Below are positions 58,190-64,000 of a DNA stretch of 64,000 nt, in pieces. Every line of letters starts with the position of its first letter. The stretch's first letter is position 1. Made by a program: the position numbers and the translations under genes. Source of the stretch: Candidatus Poribacteria bacterium (GTDB lineage Bacteria; Poribacteria; WGA-4E; WGA-3G); the NCBI GenBank assembly GCA_965205025.1, contig CBDBFU010000002.1, positions 256,001 to 320,000 of the forward strand. The letters are read 5' to 3'. Under the pieces are notes generated by a model, which had not been told where the DNA came from, ran no database searches, and was given only the letters and a program-made list of their open reading frames with translations.

Positions 58190-59386
58190 TCAGGTTCTCT
58201 TCTTAACCGTTTTTACTGCATGTTCAAACGCCCTTTTATAGATTGTACGTTCAAGTCTATTTCCTACAAAATTTTCAAGATTGTCTTTTTCATCACGTAC
58301 ACGTTTCGCTTCAAAGTTAAAGGCATATAAATTATGACATGCTCGTCGATGTATGTGGTTTTGACCATTCTTATCTTCAAGATAATCTAAGTAAGAAATT
58401 GCGTCTTTTTTACATTTAATTGTCCAAATCTTTCCATTTTCGTTATCCCAATCTTTGATTGAAAAATTTTCTTCAGTGACCATTTTTACTAAATGATCGG
58501 CAAATTTAATACGCCTTTCTTCATATTTCTTTGGGTCTTTTTCTCTTTCTCGAGGTGACAATCGAGTCCAAGAAAATCCTGGTAACTGCACATATTTAAA
58601 TGCCGCGCTTAACATCCAACTCTGTGAATCAACTGAATCAACACCACAATAAAAAGCGAATAACATTAAGAGTGTTGACCCCATTGAGAAACAGTGAATA
58701 TGAGAATTTGGGAGAAGTTTACGGACTATACAAATAATATCAATTGCTTTTTGTTTACTTCCATTACGAGCAAGTGGTGCTAAACTTCCGATGCCGACAA
58801 TAGGAGGTTCTGGTCCGCAGATCTTGATAATTTCATCAATGCGGCGTTTTAAAGTCTGTGAACTATGTCCGTGAATTACAGGCATCAAATGGAAACCATC
58901 TGGAATATCACCGTTCCGAGAATTTAATTCGTCAAACATTCGACGCGTGTTTTCGACAGTATTTTTCCAACGTTTACCTTTTGTACGGGCTGCTGTTTTT
59001 GGTAGGAAAGGATGGTCTAAAACAACAGAGATGTCTGCCCCAAGCTCTAACCCAATTGAAAGAACATCATTAGGGTCAATACTAATGTCAGTGTGTTTTT
59101 GGAAGTTAAATGCACCAGAATCAAGTATCAAAGGACCATTAAACTCAATAAATTCATGAAGTTGACACTTTTTTTCTTTAATTTCTAATGCAGCAATTTT
59201 AGTTTGTTTATTCGCTAATAAATCAAAGGCGTTAAGCAGAACTCCTTGGGTGCCAGTAATATTCCATGGATGGAAACGTAAACGAGCCTGGGGAAAATCT
59301 CCAATGCGGTAACTGGCAAATAATGTTGGTGTTTCAAAAGAATAATCAGAAAAAACTGAAGAATTATCCACATCTTGACTCTTCAA
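58190..59386 (-). CDS. tRNA-guanine transglycosylase-family protein (arcTGT/DpdA-like, non-canonical)
   Basis: ETP, ILDSGAF, VLDHP, PVIHG, GIGSL, HIHCFSMG, GVDSVDS, CHNL. No CxCxxC zinc site. Confidence 0.85.
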   Translation of the reverse strand: MKSQDVDNSSVFSDYSFETPTLFASYRIGDFPQARLRFHPWNITGTQGVLLNAFDLLANKQTKIAALEIKEKKCQLHEFIEFNGPLILDSGAFNFQKHTDISIDPNDVLSIGLELGADISVVLDHPFLPKTAARTKGKRWKNTVENTRRMFDELNSRNGDIPDGFHLMPVIHGHSSQTLKRRIDEIIKICGPEPPIVGIGSLAPLARNGSKQKAIDIICIVRKLLPNSHIHCFSMGSTLLMLFAFYCGVDSVDSQSWMLSAAFKYVQLPGFSWTRLSPREREKDPKKYEERRIKFADHLVKMVTEENFSIKDWDNENGKIWTIKCKKDAISYLDYLEDKNGQNHIHRRACHNLYAFNFEAKRVRDEKDNLENFVGNRLERTIYKRAFEHAVKTVKKRT

Positions 59387-60564
59387 CTATCATTTTCCAC
59401 TTCTTGACTCAACCGTTCTCGCATTTTAGGTAAAAAATATCCTGGTAAGACATTTAACTCCGCTTTTTCTACAACTCCTTTTAATAATGTATACTCTTCC
59501 TTAACTATCTCTTCAGTTAAAGGCTTTAACTTGTCAGGCCGATTAGATACTGCTTCACCACGTTCTCTTAAATCTAATTCATACTTATTACGACCACTAT
59601 TTAGGTAATCTGAAACGTAGTTAATAGCAAGTTCAAAGTTGGCAATAGGTTGTAGTTCAATTGGTTCTCCTAATCGTCGTTCAATGGCAGGATATTGACG
59701 AAGGTCTTTGGGTTCTGGTACGGTTGCAATAACAAAGAAGACTGATTCCTTTAATGTATCAAAAAGGTGACGTAGGTCTTGGGCATATCGTGATTGCCGT
59801 GAACGAGTTAACCCTTCAAAAATCTCTTCAAATTCGTCAAATAATAGTACAACACCTGTACAGATATCTAATTCTTTTAATAGATTAATAAATCCATTTA
59901 AGAAACGTATTGCAAGTGAAGAACTCGTTATATCTACAGGTGTTTTCCCTCCTTGTATACTTATTATTTTTTTCTCTGATGTAAGAAGTTTATGTCCTTT
60001 CATCCAGCGAAGAAAAACGTCTTTCTGGCGTTCTTCTTCTGAAAATAACGGTATTGTAGAAGGATGAGTGATACTATGAAGTACTTCCAATATTTCATTA
60101 GCTGAAATTACCTTTGTTGAAAGTGACTTTATTAGATTTGAATCTGATCGTAGAACACTAACTAAATCATTCAGGAAAAAACCTGCCAATTTATCAATGA
60201 TTTGTTCATGAATATCAAAATAACTTTCTCCAGGAGCATAAATATAAATTGGACGTAGATTATTGATAAGTTTATTGCGTCTTGCTTCATCTATTAAACG
60301 CTCAAAATACTGTAAAATATTTGTTTTACCTGCTCCATTTTCACCGTTGATCCGTAAGCGTTTGGCATCGGAAGAAAAATTCTGTAAACTATAAACAAAC
60401 TTTTTCTTAATTTCGTCCTGGTCGGTACAAACATCAAAGCCTGTTTCACCATATCCTGGGAATGGATTTTCAAGAAGAAAGTATTTCTCATAAGGATTAA
60501 GTTCTTCCCGTTCAACTTCAAATAAAGAAAGGTCCTTTTTCAATGTCACTATAATCACTCCCAT
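59383..60564 (-). CDS. AAA+/P-loop ATPase
   Basis: ENPF, Walker A GENGAGKT, Walker B LLFDEFE, AIERRL arginine-finger-like motif. True start may be GTG 60549. Confidence 0.88.
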   Translation of the reverse strand: MGVIIVTLKKDLSLFEVEREELNPYEKYFLLENPFPGYGETGFDVCTDQDEIKKKFVYSLQNFSSDAKRLRINGENGAGKTNILQYFERLIDEARRNKLINNLRPIYIYAPGESYFDIHEQIIDKLAGFFLNDLVSVLRSDSNLIKSLSTKVISANEILEVLHSITHPSTIPLFSEEERQKDVFLRWMKGHKLLTSEKKIISIQGGKTPVDITSSSLAIRFLNGFINLLKELDICTGVVLLFDEFEEIFEGLTRSRQSRYAQDLRHLFDTLKESVFFVIATVPEPKDLRQYPAIERRLGEPIELQPIANFELAINYVSDYLNSGRNKYELDLRERGEAVSNRPDKLKPLTEEIVKEEYTLLKGVVEKAELNVLPGYFLPKMRERLSQEVENDS

Positions 60565-61499
60565 CGGACAAGTTTGACCAGACTACCCTTGACACGCATT
60601 CCATCTTCAAGGTAACGATATTCTAACCATTGTGATTTCTGACGATTGTTCTCGCTTCTCTCTTCAGTTTGTTTCCTACCTAACAATTCTGTAGAAAGAC
60701 GTTTGCCGAGGATTTCATTTCTTGGACGGATTGTAATGATTTGGTTTTTACCTGAAATGACACGGCGGATTGTAGCTGGGGCGAGTGTTATTTCACCGGG
60801 AAAAGTTTCTAATAATTGATTCATCTTCATCTCAAAAGCCTGAAAAGATATACGAAGCTCCTGGCAAACTAGATGTGCCAAACGACCAAGGTTTGCATAA
60901 GCAGATGTTTTATCTGTCTGATTGTACTTTTTTAGACAAATTTCTTTAAAGTTCTCTAATGAAGGTTTATTCTTATCCCATTCTCCACCCCAATATAAGA
61001 ATTCTTCAAATGGTGATCGATATGCATGTCCAACAGATATCGCCCAAGGATAAAATGTATCAAATGCTACAAAAGTAATATTATATCTTTCTTTTAAACT
61101 AACTCCTAAAGTTTTCTTAGCTTCTTTATTATGATGTTCCGGTATTTTAATCTGCCCTTGATCCTTTAAGCATTTAAGGAAACTAGCATAAGGTGAGTAA
61201 TTTGTTAATCCTTCATTCATTGGCAGTAGTTGATTTCCTATGTTCCAAGCATCAATAAAACTATGATATTTCTCAGTTAAATATAGAATATCAGATTTTC
61301 CCTCTCTTTGAGTCATCCATTGTGATTCTTTAAAGATTCGAAGTATATCCTTTACGCGCCGATCAAGATCCTTTATTTTTCCTCGACTCTCTATATCAAT
61401 AATCTTATAAAATGTATTCAGAGAGAGTTGATTATCTGTACGATGTGTATCAATAGCATCGGCAACAGAAAGCAACTTATTTATAGTGATCGGGTCCAT
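60555..61499 (-). CDS. Hypothetical protein, possible tandem winged-helix
   Basis: Wing-like ILYLTEKY and a C-terminal helix-turn-helix-like segment. The fold is inferred. Confidence 0.7.
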   Translation of the reverse strand: MDPITINKLLSVADAIDTHRTDNQLSLNTFYKIIDIESRGKIKDLDRRVKDILRIFKESQWMTQREGKSDILYLTEKYHSFIDAWNIGNQLLPMNEGLTNYSPYASFLKCLKDQGQIKIPEHHNKEAKKTLGVSLKERYNITFVAFDTFYPWAISVGHAYRSPFEEFLYWGGEWDKNKPSLENFKEICLKKYNQTDKTSAYANLGRLAHLVCQELRISFQAFEMKMNQLLETFPGEITLAPATIRRVISGKNQIITIRPRNEILGKRLSTELLGRKQTEERSENNRQKSQWLEYRYLEDGMRVKGSLVKLVRWE

Positions 61500-61502
61500 T
61501 TA

Positions 61503-62579
61503 TCATTCCTCCTGAATCTCCATCACATCGTGTGCAAAAAATCCTTGTTTTGCTTGTGAGTAATAGGCCAGTTCAATTTTGCGAGAACATTTCTTATTCT
61601 CCAATCGAATCGTACTGAAGACTTGTGCCATATCCCATAGTAGATAATGTATAGGTGTGAGTACTAACTTTCCATTATATGAATCGTATCTAACGGAACT
61701 AATTTTAGTAGGTACTGACGGTGTACCAATATGTAGACTATCTACATTTTCTAAGGTTGACAGTGAAGCCATATCTTTATCACCGGTCAGAAGATAAACA
61801 CCTTGTTGTAATCCTCGGTCTCGTTTAAGGTTTTTTGTGCTTTCAATAATCAATCTATCAATGTTTGAATTACCGTTGGACTGACCTAAGTGCTCAGAAA
61901 GAGTGGTTAGCATTTCTATAGGTCTCCACTGACGAATATGGTTCAATTCTCGACTAATACAAGAAACTTGTGGACGCTGACTCAAAACGCCACATTTACC
62001 AATATGTGGTTGTGTACCTCTCACAGATGCTTCCCAAAGATCACTTACTTCCTTAGCTTGTCTTTGTACTTCAGTCATAACAAAAACTGGTACTACTGTC
62101 CATATCAATACCTTAGATAAAGTTTTGTGCAAGAAAGAGGGAACTGCACGTCGTAAAGCACTCGTATCAACAACAAGTATCAAGTGGATTTGTTCTGAAA
62201 GTCTTTCCATTACATCTCGAAACCCCATTTTAATATTCTGTCTTTCCATTAGGCAAAACTCTGGACGTAGAAGCCCCGTTCGCAATATACTGTCAGCAAG
62301 TTCTGAACATATAAAATCAGCGGCTCTATGTTTTTGTGCCTTTTCATCAGATATTTTGGAAAAATTACATCTAATTTGTTGATTAGTTAAAGGCGTGAAA
62401 GTAAAAGGTAAAATCGGGTGTATCTGCGCAATTTTCTCGGATTCGTCAATTACGATTTCACCGAGTTTGATATATTCATCTTTAGGCAAATGAGTACCAT
62501 CTGTATAGGAAACTTCCCAATTACTCCAGAATCGGTATTCCGCAACAAACTCATCTAATTTTAGCGTACGACTACGCAT
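61503..62579 (-). CDS. PIN-domain nuclease
   Basis: Acidic PIN motifs VVDTSAL, VMTEV, IDRLIIE, LLTGDKDM. Confidence 0.8.
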   Translation of the reverse strand: MRSRTLKLDEFVAEYRFWSNWEVSYTDGTHLPKDEYIKLGEIVIDESEKIAQIHPILPFTFTPLTNQQIRCNFSKISDEKAQKHRAADFICSELADSILRTGLLRPEFCLMERQNIKMGFRDVMERLSEQIHLILVVDTSALRRAVPSFLHKTLSKVLIWTVVPVFVMTEVQRQAKEVSDLWEASVRGTQPHIGKCGVLSQRPQVSCISRELNHIRQWRPIEMLTTLSEHLGQSNGNSNIDRLIIESTKNLKRDRGLQQGVYLLTGDKDMASLSTLENVDSLHIGTPSVPTKISSVRYDSYNGKLVLTPIHYLLWDMAQVFSTIRLENKKCSRKIELAYYSQAKQGFFAHDVMEIQEE

Positions 62580-62997
62580 CAGAAATTCTCACTTTATACT
62601 CAGATTGCAGCTGATAATTCTGTAAAATTTCATGTACAACAGCCAACAAAATAGACTTTGATTTTAATTCTGTCATGAAAGTCGGTTCGCTAAACTTATC
62701 TTGAATATGATCTGAGGATTCTTCTAAGTCTGTATGTAATTCCTCAAATTGAGAGATAGCCTCGTTTATTATTGGATCAGGCAGATAAAAATCAACTTCC
62801 TTTTCACCTGATATTGGCTCATTAGTTTCTAAATCAATTGAGTTCAAATTTTCCACTTTATCCGAGATAGTATTAAGACAAATGATGATTTCACTTTCAT
62901 CTTTCCAATCATGAAAGTCCAAAAGAGAAAGACCTTCTACTTTATAGATATCAACTACTTTGTGTGTTAGAGGATTGACAACTTCTATTTTCATCAT
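62572..62997 (-). CDS. Acidic hypothetical protein
   Basis: 141 aa with GAAGGTG RBS. Its stop overlaps the PIN gene start. Confidence 0.75.
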   Translation of the reverse strand: MMKIEVVNPLTHKVVDIYKVEGLSLLDFHDWKDESEIIICLNTISDKVENLNSIDLETNEPISGEKEVDFYLPDPIINEAISQFEELHTDLEESSDHIQDKFSEPTFMTELKSKSILLAVVHEILQNYQLQSEYKVRISDA

Positions 62998-63026
62998 AAA
63001 ACACCTTCACCAATAGAATTAGAATA

Positions 63027-63473
63027 TTATCCCCATAACCAATTTTTTAACTGGGTTTGTTTTTTTCCAATCGTACCGTAAGTGACTATTTTTTCTATAT
63101 GAATTGGAATTATATTCCCCAGTTCTTCAAATACTTTTAAATACATTCGTCCAAGAACAAAACATACTGAAATGTAATTATTTTGAATTACATTTAAAAA
63201 AGATGATTTGACATCAGATTGGATCTCAGCTACTCGCATTAAGTTCATCTTTTGGTCATACAACTTAGTTTGGTGATCTTTCGAAATAAGTCCATAAGCA
63301 GCAGACAAAATATAAACATCTAATTGCTTTGCTTTGAGCGGACATTCACGAAGAAAACGACGTAAAACAAAAAATAGGGGCCCGTTGTATCTCTCAATCG
63401 CAGGTAACGGCTCTTGAGAAGGGTGTTTCCGCTGGGAACAAGATAAAATCAGCAAACGACGGTGACTGTTCAT
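63027..63473 (-). CDS. DUF6884/YaaA-like protein
   Basis: LLILSCSQRK, PAIERYNGPLF, YILSAAYGLI, YDQKM. Confidence 0.75.
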   Translation of the reverse strand: MNSHRRLLILSCSQRKHPSQEPLPAIERYNGPLFFVLRRFLRECPLKAKQLDVYILSAAYGLISKDHQTKLYDQKMNLMRVAEIQSDVKSSFLNVIQNNYISVCFVLGRMYLKVFEELGNIIPIHIEKIVTYGTIGKKQTQLKNWLWG

Positions 63474-63526
63474 AACATTCTTTCGCAAATATAAGATCGT
63501 ATTCAACAATAAACTGAATTTCTTAT

Positions 63527-63555
63527 ATTGTAAACTACAAGTTATATTATTGCAA
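63527..63555 (-). promoter_or_regulatory. Putative sigma70 promoter for the DUF6884-to-TGT operon
   Basis: TTGCAA-N17-TACAAT. Confidence 0.55.
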
Positions 63556-63600
63556 TGGGAAAATTAATGCTTGAATGCAATGGGAAAATTAATGCTTGAA
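63551..63600. repeat. Perfect 25-bp tandem duplication
   Basis: TGCAATGGGAAAATTAATGCTTGAA twice. Confidence 0.9.
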
Positions 63601-63639
63601 AAGACAAGATAGAAAACAGACTGGATTTATTACTACCGA

Positions 63640-64000
63640 TTACACTTCCCGATACTCACCCTGAAACACCTCTCTAACATGCCAACCGATATTCCCTTCA
63701 TCAGGATTAAACGTTCGACTTTGAGGTAGGTTGATTCTCTCCCCATGAAAATTCATCAACCACTCCTGAAATCCAACTGTTCCATGTGCTTCATTAGAGA
63801 CTAAGATATGTAACTGTTTTGACAATGTAAAAGCCCCACGGTCAAATAACTTATGATGCAATGAGCATAAAGCTAATCCGTTTATTTCTTGGTCAGATCC
63901 ACCTGCCATCTGCCATCTAATATGACACGCATCCAGAGCAACAGGAGAATTACCTAATTTGACATCATATCCACAGACTGCACACCTGTATTCATAGGCT
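63640..64000 (-). CDS. HNH endonuclease, modification-dependent restriction type (C-terminal part only)
   Basis: Frame extends to the window edge: AYEYRCAVCG...LDACHIRW...NGLALCSLHHKLFDRG...WHVREVF. Confidence 0.88.
   Translation of the reverse strand, partial: AYEYRCAVCGYDVKLGNSPVALDACHIRWQMAGGSDQEINGLALCSLHHKLFDRGAFTLSKQLHILVSNEAHGTVGFQEWLMNFHGERINLPQSRTFNPDEGNIGWHVREVFQGEYREV

Noticed and set aside
58190-59386. Housekeeping queuine tRNA-ribosyltransferase (tgt)
   Set aside because: Lacks the canonical motifs and zinc site, and is coupled to ATPase and PIN genes.
58190-63473. Canonical Dpd, QatABCD, type IV CBASS or BREX system
   Set aside because: No DGQHR DpdB, helicases, QueC, TatD, cyclase, PglX or PglZ recognisable in the window; genes beyond 64000 cannot be excluded.

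Overview
AT-rich bacterial chromosome segment. The repertoire of ECF sigma-TM-WD40 fusions, LRR proteins and Rpn nucleases suggests Candidatus Poribacteria, but that is inference only. In order: (1) a Ro60/Rsr gene preceded by three Y RNA-like genes (one tRNA-mimic YrlA and two short RNAs with near-identical Ro-binding handles and different tips), with an IS701-family insertion just upstream; (2) a ~24-kb array of membrane-anchored ECF sigma-WD40 fusions, five of them preceded by a shared ECF-type promoter, plus a sigma-less paralog and a GH32; (3) housekeeping genes (def, larE, glcF-like, dcd, sigma54/NtrC-type glnA, glnB, Gld-like ABC system, AlgI/AlgJ-type acetylation cluster, a type II R-M pair, DUF151 nucleases, ssrA, smpB); (4) a nest of REP/MITE elements, a second IS701 copy and a second Rpn gene; (5) at the right edge, a tightly coupled operon encoding DUF6884/YaaA-like, unknown, PIN, winged-helix-like, AAA+ ATPase and non-canonical TGT-family proteins, next to an HNH nuclease. 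This last operon is the best candidate for an undescribed base-exchange (7-deazaguanine-type) defence system. All calls come from reading motifs by eye; no searches were run.
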